Assembly: GCA_963727445.1 (NCBI GenBank)
Contig: CAVSGI010000021.1
Coordinates: 416,001-480,000, forward strand
Source of the DNA: an uncultured delta proteobacterium
Lineage (GTDB): Bacteria; Myxococcota_A; Polyangia; Polyangiales; B10-G4
Length of the DNA stretch: 64,000 bases
Reading direction: 5' to 3'
Positions 34,801 through 42,260 of the stretch are shown here, piece after piece (within the stretch, counting starts at the first letter, position 1; the number at the start of each line of letters is the position of its first letter). The translations under genes were made by a program, and so were the position numbers. The notes beneath the pieces were generated by a model that saw only the letters and a program-made list of their open reading frames with translations, was not told the origin of the DNA and searched no databases.

Positions 34801-35038
34801 GCCGATGATGCTGGCGACCGGGGTCGGGGCAGAGGTTCAGCGGCCGCTGGCGACGGTCGTGGTGGGCGGGCTGGTCACGTCCACCTTGCTCACGCTGGTG
34901 ATCCTGCCGGCGATCTTTCCGTGGATCGGGGGCGCCGGCGGGGGACGTCGCGCCCGCGCCGAGGATCAGATCACCGACGTGAGCAGCAGCGCGAGCGAGC
35001 CCGCCACGCACACGCAGGCACCGAACAGCCCGGCGTAG
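31889..35038 (+). CDS. czcA: CzcA/CusA-family heavy-metal RND permease
   Basis: DALPD, GNLMSLGALDFGLLVDG, PQLDEGD, RMRPVLMTA, QRPLATVV. Confidence 0.9.
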   Translation: MIKRIVGAAVEHDKLVPSLVILAAIGASIAGAWLRFDALPDVTGRQVVILTRAPGLTPEEVERLVTRPVELSLSGVPGVRSQRSISRYGLSSVTALFGENEKLLEARQLVQERLRSVASQMPEGVEAPELGPLTGGLGEIYQLTLSSPDRTPAELRELASLRVAPLLASVPGVVEVNSWGGEQRTLDVVADPERMASRRVTLAELSEAVRAATGQVAGARIETGAAGVLLRGVSWPREPSELAAAVVRTEPDGATIRVGDVADVEAGALPRIGAATADGRGETLYLMVQMLLDANALEVLRGVHAKLEDVRQVLPADVTLREVYDRGDLVNATLKTVFTNLFEGGVLVVIVLFLMLGSFRAGALVASIIPLSMLGAVTGMIVFDVPGNLMSLGALDFGLLVDGGVVMVEAVFHEVHARGGPIGDRVRESTRSMARPVFYSVLIILLVYVPILSLTGVEGRMFRPMAITVVLALMSALILSLTFVPAAARLILRAKDIPDREPWLVQMASRLYHPVVDFALVRPRWIAGAALLLLGLGAFLFYRAGTAFVPQLDEGDLVVQTTRAPDISVQQAVAESTRMETAVLAVPEVEHVASRIGSPAVATDVMGLEQSDVFIDLAPRDRWREGLDREALIAEIGAAIDASAPAQEVAFTQPIQMRFNELVGGSVTDVSVSLFGEDLSALYAWAEEATRVIEGIEGAQDPRVLAPPDVDVLEVRPRPLGAARARLRPVDVLAHVQALRTGVPAGDTFDGPLRIPVRVRLGAHVDALSLDRMPVPTVDGSLLPLSSVAEVDRRPSPSLVNREMAQRRVVVGFDVRGRDLGSVVEDARRAVGALPRPEGTRVAWGGQYESLKSAQARLAIVIPTVLGMIFALLLALFRSFRPALIILLNVPFAAVGGVIALSVRGLPISISAAIGFIALSGIAVLNGVVLVSSLREEVAAGHTLREAARRAARSRMRPVLMTALVAALGFVPMMLATGVGAEVQRPLATVVVGGLVTSTLLTLVILPAIFPWIGGAGGGRRARAEDQITDVSSSASEPATHTQAPNSPA

Positions 35039-35361
35039 CGGAGCGACACGTTTCGCGCCGTCGTTTCGGTGGACGGGGGAGCGGGCGCGCGCTCCGGTAG
35101 GCGGAGGACCTGGACCGGCGCGTAGAGCATCGCCGCCTCGGCCGTGGGGACGGGGGCGAGCTCCTGCGCCCTCGCGGGCAGGGGCGGCGGCGTCTTGGCG
35201 GGGCGGCTCTCGGCGACGATGGACGCGCCGCGGATGACGACGTCTCCATGGCGGGTGCCTTCCTCCGCGAGGAGGGCATGGTCGAACTCGTTCGGATCGC
35301 GAAGGTCCGAGATGTCGAGGATGGTGGTGGGGGCAGGGGGGAGCTTGGGGAAGAGCTGCAT
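34966..35361 (-). CDS. Hypothetical protein with C-terminal TM helix
   Basis: 131-aa ORF downstream of the DUF1552 gene; overlaps the czcA end. Confidence 0.45.
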   Translation of the reverse strand: MQLFPKLPPAPTTILDISDLRDPNEFDHALLAEEGTRHGDVVIRGASIVAESRPAKTPPPLPARAQELAPVPTAEAAMLYAPVQVLRLPERAPAPPSTETTARNVSLRYAGLFGACVCVAGSLALLLTSVI

Positions 35362-35425
35362 GCCCTGTGTACGGGCGAGTGCGACAAACGGATCGATATC
35401 CCGAAAGAGGCGGTGATCACGCGCC

Positions 35426-36889
35426 TCAGGTGAGGTTCGGGATCGGGCCGCGGTGGGTGACGTGGTCGCTGCCGAAGTGGTCGTCGGTGCCCCCGAAGGC
35501 CTGCAGGATCGAGGTGAAGAGGTTGTGGGTGGACTCGGTGGTCTGGATGTCCACGCCGTCGCCCGTGTCGTAGTTCACGTTGCGGCCGGTGCGGAAGTAG
35601 CCGCCCGCGCTCCCGGCGAGGAGGATAGGCAGGTTGCGGGTCACGTGCACCGAGCCGTTCGAGAACTCGCTGGTGTAGAGGAGCAGGCTGTTGTCGAGGA
35701 TGGTGGCGCCGCCTTCGCTGAAGGTCGGGTCGGCGAGGCCCTCGATGATGTCGCGCGCCAGGCTCATCCGCCACTGACGGTTCTCGAGCATCTCGAGCAT
35801 CCAGCCGTCGTAGATGGAGTGCTCGGGGCCGGTCATCCCGATGTCGCGCGCGTAGTGATGGAGCGAGTGGCCGATGCCGAAGGCCGAGTCGACCTGCAGG
35901 CCGTCGGGCGCCCAGGGCGTGAGGATGTCGGCGATCTCCAGGTTGGCGACGTTGGTGAGGCCGCAACGGAGCGCCGCCACGATGATCTGGGCGTGGAGGC
36001 GGCCGATCACGTCCGGGGAGCTGGCGCCCATGCCGGCTTCGCTCGGCGGCACGCACATCGCCGGCATGGTGGCGTCGAGCTGGCGCTCGAGGGCGCGCAG
36101 GTGCTCGAGGTGCGCGTCGATGACGTGGAGGTCGTTGGCGCTGACGGTGTTGCGGAAGAGCGCGAAGCCCTCCATCACGCCGTCGAGCACGCTGCGGCGG
36201 CGCAGCTGCTGGCGGAGGAAGGCGGGGTCGGGGGCGCCGTCGGTGGAGACGCCTTCGAAGATGGTGTTGAAGGCCGTGCGCGGATCGGTCTCGCCGGTCA
36301 CGCGCTCACCCGAGGCACGGAAGTAGGGCGAGCCGTACTGATGGCCCGGCACCATCAGGTGGATGCGATCGAAGCGCGTCGGCTGCGTCATGGCGAGGCG
36401 CTCGGCGAGGACCTGATCGATGGAGGGCCCGAGGGCCATCGCGTCGTCGCCAGGAGTGGTGATGTTCGCCGCGGTCAGCGCCGTGACGTTCGCCGTACCA
36501 TGCCCGCCGCCGCCATATTCGCCCTGCTGGTTGGCGGCACCGTTGTCGATGCCCTGGAGCACGAGGAGCTTGTCCTGGTAGGGCGCGAGGCTCTCGTGGA
36601 TCGGGCCGACCGCGAGGGACTCGGAGGCGCTCGCCGGCGCCCAGAGATCGATCCCGTGTCCGTTGCCGCTGCCGTCCGCCCGCCAGCCGCCGGAGCGGGG
36701 CCAGCCCTGATAGACGTTCGAGACGGTTCCGCCGTGGGAGAAGACCGTGAGGAAGCGCTTCTGCACGCCGCCGTCCGCCCACGCCTTTCCGTGGGTGTAC
36801 TCGAGGAGCGGAAGGCTCAGGGCCGCGCCCCCGAGTCCCTTGAGAAACGCGCGCCGCCCGGAGTGCTTCAAGTCCTTCATCCCGCTCAC
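35426..36889 (-). CDS. DUF1552 family protein, Tat-exported
   Basis: RRAFLKG...LPLLE, SIDQVLA, DPRTAFNTIF, SVLD, HLEHLRALE, ILDNS, LPILLAG. Confidence 0.88.
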   Translation of the reverse strand: MSGMKDLKHSGRRAFLKGLGGAALSLPLLEYTHGKAWADGGVQKRFLTVFSHGGTVSNVYQGWPRSGGWRADGSGNGHGIDLWAPASASESLAVGPIHESLAPYQDKLLVLQGIDNGAANQQGEYGGGGHGTANVTALTAANITTPGDDAMALGPSIDQVLAERLAMTQPTRFDRIHLMVPGHQYGSPYFRASGERVTGETDPRTAFNTIFEGVSTDGAPDPAFLRQQLRRRSVLDGVMEGFALFRNTVSANDLHVIDAHLEHLRALERQLDATMPAMCVPPSEAGMGASSPDVIGRLHAQIIVAALRCGLTNVANLEIADILTPWAPDGLQVDSAFGIGHSLHHYARDIGMTGPEHSIYDGWMLEMLENRQWRMSLARDIIEGLADPTFSEGGATILDNSLLLYTSEFSNGSVHVTRNLPILLAGSAGGYFRTGRNVNYDTGDGVDIQTTESTHNLFTSILQAFGGTDDHFGSDHVTHRGPIPNLT

Positions 36890-36957
36890 CTCGACCTACA
36901 GAAAGCCACAGACGGCGCGCGCCTTCACTTACGGTTGGATCGCGATGTAAATGTCCG

Positions 36958-36974
36958 TAATCACAGGGTGATTA
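36958..36974. promoter_or_regulatory. AT-rich palindrome upstream of the DUF1552 gene
   Basis: TAATCAC-AGG-GTGATTA, perfect 7-bp arms. Confidence 0.45.
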
Positions 36975-37025
36975 AGCCCCGGTCCGCGGGCGGTTCCCCC
37001 GCCGCATGGAACTGGCTCGAGCTGG

Positions 37026-37940
37026 CTACGCGCGCACCAGCTCGAGGCGCGTCGCCGCCACCCCGACCGATACCCGCATCCCCCAGTCGAAGCGCAGGCG
37101 GTCCCCCTCGATCCCGTCGCCGAAGATCACGCCGCCCTCGTTCATCTGGGATTCGAGGCGAACGGAGTCTCCCTCGGCGACGTCGCCGTCGAGGAGCGTC
37201 GCGTCGGTGGTGCGACTCTCGAAGGCTTCGCGTACGAAGAAGGAGAGGCGTCGCTCGGTCGGCGCCGGGAGCACGCATTCGGTGACGCGGCGGCGCACGA
37301 TCGAGCTGGCCCAACCGGTGGCGCCCGTCCCGGTGGTCACCACCACGCCCGACGAAGAGTGCGACTCGTGGCGCCGTCCGTCGTCGATGCGATAGCGAGC
37401 CGATTGATGCGAGGCGTGACCGACGAAGATCTCGTTGAGGGCGAGCAGCGTCTGCCCGTCGTCGAGATCGGCGGCGACCATGGTGCGCGACTCGGTGCGG
37501 GCGCGGCCCTCGGCCGCGGGGACCAGGAGATCCGTCAGCGCCGCCGGCGGGAGCGGTACCAGCACGCCGTCGTAGGTGCTCGGGTCGGGATTGACGCCGA
37601 GCACCGGCTGGCCGTCGAGATACTTCGCGACGTTGGCCACCAGCCCGTCCTGTCCCACCACCACCACCGTGTCCTCCGCGTCGAAGCGGAAGGAGGCGAG
37701 CTCGTCGCGCCGCACCCGCGCGCGGCGCCAGCTCCGGGGGATCGTGCCCATCACCTCACGGAGCGCATGCTCGAGGGCGCGGTGGCGCTCCTCCACCCGT
37801 TCGATCGTCGCGCCGCGGCTCTCGAGGAAGAACACCGCCTGCGCCCGCGTCGCGTGCCGCGCGATCAACAGCTCGTATTCTGTCGGCCGGGTGACCACCA
37901 CCACACGAGGGGCGAGCGTGCGGGCGCGGGTCGTCTTCAT
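37026..37940 (-). CDS. NAD kinase-fold protein, divergent
   Basis: VVGQDGLVANVAKY (GGDG variant), GVNPDP, ALNE, SSGVVVTTGTGATGW. Confidence 0.8.
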   Translation of the reverse strand: MKTTRARTLAPRVVVVTRPTEYELLIARHATRAQAVFFLESRGATIERVEERHRALEHALREVMGTIPRSWRRARVRRDELASFRFDAEDTVVVVGQDGLVANVAKYLDGQPVLGVNPDPSTYDGVLVPLPPAALTDLLVPAAEGRARTESRTMVAADLDDGQTLLALNEIFVGHASHQSARYRIDDGRRHESHSSSGVVVTTGTGATGWASSIVRRRVTECVLPAPTERRLSFFVREAFESRTTDATLLDGDVAEGDSVRLESQMNEGGVIFGDGIEGDRLRFDWGMRVSVGVAATRLELVRA

Positions 37941-38941
37941 CGCGAACTGTGCGCTTCGAGGAAACGCGTGAGCGCCGGTCCGAGGAGCTCGGGTGTGATG
38001 CTGAGATGCTCGACTCGGAGCTTCTTGGCGAGCTCCGTCACGGCCAGGGCGAAGAGCACCTCCTGCGGCACGTCGCGGTAGGCCTCGAGGCGCGCGCCCT
38101 CGGCCTCGGCGTTCGCGGCGCCGATGACGCGAATGCGTTCGGCGCTGGATGCGGCTTCGAGTTGCACGCGCTCCGCCTGGCCCTCGGCCTCGATGCGACG
38201 CGCCTCCGCCTCGGAGGTGACGCGATCGCGCTCGTTCTGACCCCGTCGCGCGATCAGATCCGCCTCGCGTCGCGCCAGCTCGATCTGGTTCTGAAGCTCG
38301 TTTTCCGCGATGGCGCGCTCCTTTTCGACGGCGAAGGCACGCCGAGCGAAGGTGGCCTCGTCGGCGGACTTCTGCAGCGTTTCGCGGGTGGGCGTCTCGA
38401 GAGCGCGCGCCACGTCCGGGCTCGGCACCAGGTCGTCGATGCGCACCGCGACGACGGAAATGCCCATGTCCGCGAGGAGCTCGCTCGGGGTCAGCGCCGC
38501 CTCGATGGCGGCCTGGAGCTCGCCGGTGCCCTTCACCAGGAGCTCTTCGAGCTCGCGTACCGCCACGTACGACAGAGCGATCCGGCGCGACAGCCCCGTG
38601 AGCAGCGTGCTCAGCTTGTCGAGGGGCATCTTGGTGTAGGCCCCGCGCTCGAGATCGATCGAGAAGTCGACGCGGTCGGCGAGGCGCTCGGGATCGACGA
38701 TCCGAAAGCTCACCACTCCCTGGACCGCGAGCTCCGAAAAGTCACGGGTACGCGTCCCGAAGACGAAGGCCTGATCGCGATCGTCGATGGGGACCTCGGC
38801 GATGGCGGCGGCCATCGGCAGGAAGAAGAAGGACAGGCCGCGTCCGCTGCGGGTGAGCTTGCCGTCCTTGAAGAAGAGCACGTGGCTGGTGGCGTCGCTG
38901 CGGAGGTGGCGCAAGAGCGGGAATCGTCGGATTTCGGCCAT
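37937..38941 (-). CDS. SPFH/band-7 (flotillin-like) protein
   Basis: GRGLSFFF, TRDF...VQG, E/A-rich coiled coil (AVEKERAIAENEL); ATGA coupling to the next gene. Confidence 0.88.
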   Translation of the reverse strand: MAEIRRFPLLRHLRSDATSHVLFFKDGKLTRSGRGLSFFFLPMAAAIAEVPIDDRDQAFVFGTRTRDFSELAVQGVVSFRIVDPERLADRVDFSIDLERGAYTKMPLDKLSTLLTGLSRRIALSYVAVRELEELLVKGTGELQAAIEAALTPSELLADMGISVVAVRIDDLVPSPDVARALETPTRETLQKSADEATFARRAFAVEKERAIAENELQNQIELARREADLIARRGQNERDRVTSEAEARRIEAEGQAERVQLEAASSAERIRVIGAANAEAEGARLEAYRDVPQEVLFALAVTELAKKLRVEHLSITPELLGPALTRFLEAHSSR

Positions 38942-38965
38942 GAACGACACTTTGTGTCGCCGATT

Positions 38966-38988
38966 CATAGTGTCAAGCATACACTATG
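38966..38988. promoter_or_regulatory. NrtR-type operator overlapping the sigma-70 -35 box of the SPFH operon
   Basis: CATAGTGT-CAAGCAT-ACACTATG, perfect 8-bp arms with GT-N7-AC core; minus-strand TTGACA at 38976-38971. Confidence 0.75.
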
Positions 38989-39021
38989 GATTCGGCGCCG
39001 GGCTCGTGCGATTCTGGCCGC

Positions 39022-40914
39022 GTGAAGCCGGCGGTCCACACAGAGGACGCAGGCGAAAAAGGGGCGGGCGGCCTCCCCCTGCGCCGCGCCATTCGCCACG
39101 CAGCGTCCCTGGGCGTCTTCTTCGGCTTCGCCGCCTCCACTTGCGAGGTGGTCCTCTGGACCGTCGGGGGCTCGTCGCGCGGTCTCGCCACCCCGCGCGA
39201 CTCCCTCGTCGTCGAAGTGGTCCTCTGCTCCGCCCTCGGCCTCGTCCTCGGCGTCGCTCTCACGCCGCTCCTGCAGCGCTTCGGCGGCCGCGCGCGGATC
39301 CTCCACCCGCTGGTGCTCTGTCTCTCGTGGGCCGGGCTCGGCTTCGTCGCCCGCGTCCCACACCACACCCTCCTCGCGGCCCTCACGGTCGCACCGTGGG
39401 TGGTCGCGTTCGCCGTCACGGCTGCAACGGATCGGCTGATGCGCTACCGGCCTGCCCTCCGCGTGGCGCCGGGCATCTCGCTCACCTTCGTCCTCGTCGC
39501 GGCCCTCGTCGTGCCGACGCTGCTCGAGCGCCTCGGGGCGGTCGACGCCGTCGCGCCTGCGCGCTATGCGCCTCCGGAGGGGGCGCCCGACGTGCTCGTG
39601 GTCGTGCTCGACGCCCTGCGCGCCGATCACGTCGGCGCATACGGCTACAGGCGTGACACCACGCCCGTCTTCGATCACCTCGCGAGGGAAGCCACCCTCT
39701 TCGTCGAGGCCACCGCGCCCGCCACCTGGGCGCTCCCCTCCCACGCTTCCCTGTTCACCGGCACCTTTCCCACGACTCACGGCGCGCACGCCGAGCACCA
39801 GCGACTCGAGCCCTCGGGCCCGCGAACCCTCGCCGAGGTCCTGGCCGATCACGGTTATGAGACGCGCTGCTTCACCGCGAGCCCGTGGCTCTCCGGGCCG
39901 CCCGGGCTCACGCGCGGTTTTTCCTGGACGGACGACACGTGGCGCAGCGGGCGGGCGGATCAAACGCGCCTGTACGCGCTTCGACTCCTCGATCGCGTGG
40001 GCCTCGGAGCACACGACAACGGGGGAGCGGAGGTGACCGAGAGCTTCGAGACCTGGATCGCCGAAGCGCCCGCCTCGAGCGGGCCCACCTTCGCCTTCGT
40101 GAACCTCACCGAAGCAAGCTTCCCGTACCACCAGGTGCCGCCGGAGCATCTCGCGCGTTTCACCGATGAAGACCCGGAGACGCTGCGCGCCATCAGCTTC
40201 GCCCTCATGGAGGCGCAGCTCGGCGGCGAGGCTCCCGATCCCGAGGTCGCGCGCCGTCCCGCCACGGACATGTACGACGCGGGCGTGCACTACGCCGACG
40301 AGCTCCTCGGACGGCTCGTCGCCGCCCTCGAGAGGCGCGGCCGCCTCGACGACACTCTGCTGATCGTCCTGTCGGACTACGGCGAGCTCCTGGGTGAGTA
40401 CGCCACCTTTGGTCACGGGCTCTCGCTTCACCGCGAGGAGATCCACGTCCCGCTCCTCATCCGCTATCCGGCGGCTTTCGAGGCGACCACCGTCGAGGCG
40501 CCAGTCTCCACCGCCGCCGTCTTCGCCACCGTCCTCGACGTCCTGGGCATCACCACGCCCGACAGGCCGGAGGTCCGCACCCTGCGCGAGGTCGTGCGCG
40601 GTCGTCCCGCCGGGTTGGTGCTCTCGGAGCGCTATGCCTTGCCGGCGGGCCGAGGTCGCGACCACTCACCGCTCTTCGATCCATCTCTCCGTTTCCGTTC
40701 CTTCCGCGACGATGACCTCGAGCTGATCGTGACCAGCGGCGATGGGGTCTACCTCTACGACCTCGCGTCCGAAGCCGCAGAGCGGCGCGACGTCGCGGCC
40801 GAGCGCGCCGACGACGTGGCACGTCTCGACGCCCATCTGCGACACCTCGCCGCCGCGGTCGGACTCGCTCACATCGACGGCACGCCCATCGACCCCTCGG
40901 ACGCCCATCCCTGA
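39022..40914 (+). CDS. Membrane-anchored sulfatase-like protein
   Basis: N-terminal TM helices; LDALRADH, LPSHASLFTG, YDAGVHYAD, HVPLLI, LYDL. Confidence 0.85.
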   Translation: MKPAVHTEDAGEKGAGGLPLRRAIRHAASLGVFFGFAASTCEVVLWTVGGSSRGLATPRDSLVVEVVLCSALGLVLGVALTPLLQRFGGRARILHPLVLCLSWAGLGFVARVPHHTLLAALTVAPWVVAFAVTAATDRLMRYRPALRVAPGISLTFVLVAALVVPTLLERLGAVDAVAPARYAPPEGAPDVLVVVLDALRADHVGAYGYRRDTTPVFDHLAREATLFVEATAPATWALPSHASLFTGTFPTTHGAHAEHQRLEPSGPRTLAEVLADHGYETRCFTASPWLSGPPGLTRGFSWTDDTWRSGRADQTRLYALRLLDRVGLGAHDNGGAEVTESFETWIAEAPASSGPTFAFVNLTEASFPYHQVPPEHLARFTDEDPETLRAISFALMEAQLGGEAPDPEVARRPATDMYDAGVHYADELLGRLVAALERRGRLDDTLLIVLSDYGELLGEYATFGHGLSLHREEIHVPLLIRYPAAFEATTVEAPVSTAAVFATVLDVLGITTPDRPEVRTLREVVRGRPAGLVLSERYALPAGRGRDHSPLFDPSLRFRSFRDDDLELIVTSGDGVYLYDLASEAAERRDVAAERADDVARLDAHLRHLAAAVGLAHIDGTPIDPSDAHP

Positions 40915-40973
40915 GCACGCGCACCTCGCGCGCCTTCGCCCGTTCCCGGAAAAATGGTTTAGAGTCGGGCTCC

Positions 40974-42260
40974 ATGTGCGGACACACGTCTTGGCTCGCA
41001 GTCGCTGTGCTCCTCATCGCGTCATGCGGTGGACAGACCGCCACCGTCGTGGACGAGCACGGGACGGAGGAAGGAGGTGCGGTGACGCAGCCTGAAGCAC
41101 CACCTCCGGGATCCTTCGGTGACGACGTCTCGTTCCTCCGTCGCCACGTCTCGGATCTCGTGGTCCTCGAGGCCGACGGCGGGCGCGCACGGATCGCCGT
41201 GGCGCCCGCCTACCAGGGACGCGTCATGACCAGCACTGGCGGCGGGCTTCGGGGCGCGAGCTACGGTTTCGTCAATCGCGCGCTGATCGAGAGCGGTGAG
41301 CGTGCGCCCCACATGAACGCCTTCGGAGGTGAGGACCGCTTCTGGCTCGGCCCCGAGGGGAGCCGCTTCGCGCTCTATTTCGACGAGGGCGCGCCCATGG
41401 ATTTCGAGCACTGGCAGGTGCCGGAGGCCCTCGACTGGGGCGCGTGGGAGCTCATCGGACAGAGCTCGACCGAGGTGTCCTTCCGCAAGGAGATGAGCCT
41501 CACCAACTACGCCGGCACCACCCTCGGCATCCGGGTGGAGCGGACGGTTCGCCTCCTCGATCGCGGGGCGATCGGCGAGCAGCTGGGTATCCCGCTGCCC
41601 GATGACGTGGAGGTGGTCGGCTACGAATCGGTCAACGTGATCGAGAACGTCGGCGACGCCGCCTGGACGCGCCGGACCGGCGTGCCTTCGATCTGGATCC
41701 TCGGCATGTACAAGCCATCAGACGAGGCGATCGTGGTCCTGCCCTTCGCGCCGGGGCCGGCGGCTCGGCTGGGACCGGTGGTGAACGACGCGTACTTCGG
41801 CGAGGTGCCTTCGAACCGCCTTCGCGTCGGAGAGCAGGCGGTCTTCTTCCGGGCCGACGGCTCTGCGCGTGGGAAGATCGGCATCGGGCCCCGACGCGCG
41901 CTTCCCTCCATGGGCGCCTGGGATCCCGAGCGGCGCACCCTCACGCTGGTCCAGTACACCGAGCCCGAGACCGACGACGCCTTCTACGTCACCGCGCTGT
42001 GGGACCCCGAGGTGCCTCCCTACGAAGGCGACGTGGTCAACAGCTACAACGACGGCCCCGTCCAAGAGGGCGCCGAGCCCCTCGGTCCGTTCTACGAGCT
42101 CGAATCTTCGTCTCCGGGAGCCGCCCTGGCTCCGGGCGCTTCGATGCGGCACGTCCATCGCACGATGCACCTCACGGGGGCGCGCGACGTTCTCGACAAC
42201 GCGGCTGCGACGCACCTGGGCGTCGAGCTGCACACGATCGAGGACGCCTTCCTCGACTGA
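40974..42260 (+). CDS. Lipoprotein, DUF6786-like
   Basis: Lipobox IASC; YQGRVMTS, FGGEDRFWLGPEG, NSYNDGP, FYELESSSP; family assigned from recall. Confidence 0.7.
   Translation: MCGHTSWLAVAVLLIASCGGQTATVVDEHGTEEGGAVTQPEAPPPGSFGDDVSFLRRHVSDLVVLEADGGRARIAVAPAYQGRVMTSTGGGLRGASYGFVNRALIESGERAPHMNAFGGEDRFWLGPEGSRFALYFDEGAPMDFEHWQVPEALDWGAWELIGQSSTEVSFRKEMSLTNYAGTTLGIRVERTVRLLDRGAIGEQLGIPLPDDVEVVGYESVNVIENVGDAAWTRRTGVPSIWILGMYKPSDEAIVVLPFAPGPAARLGPVVNDAYFGEVPSNRLRVGEQAVFFRADGSARGKIGIGPRRALPSMGAWDPERRTLTLVQYTEPETDDAFYVTALWDPEVPPYEGDVVNSYNDGPVQEGAEPLGPFYELESSSPGAALAPGASMRHVHRTMHLTGARDVLDNAAATHLGVELHTIEDAFLD

Noticed and set aside
37026..37940. Calling this gene canonical nadK
   Set aside because: GGDG and TPxGSTAY motifs are altered and the context is SPFH-linked.
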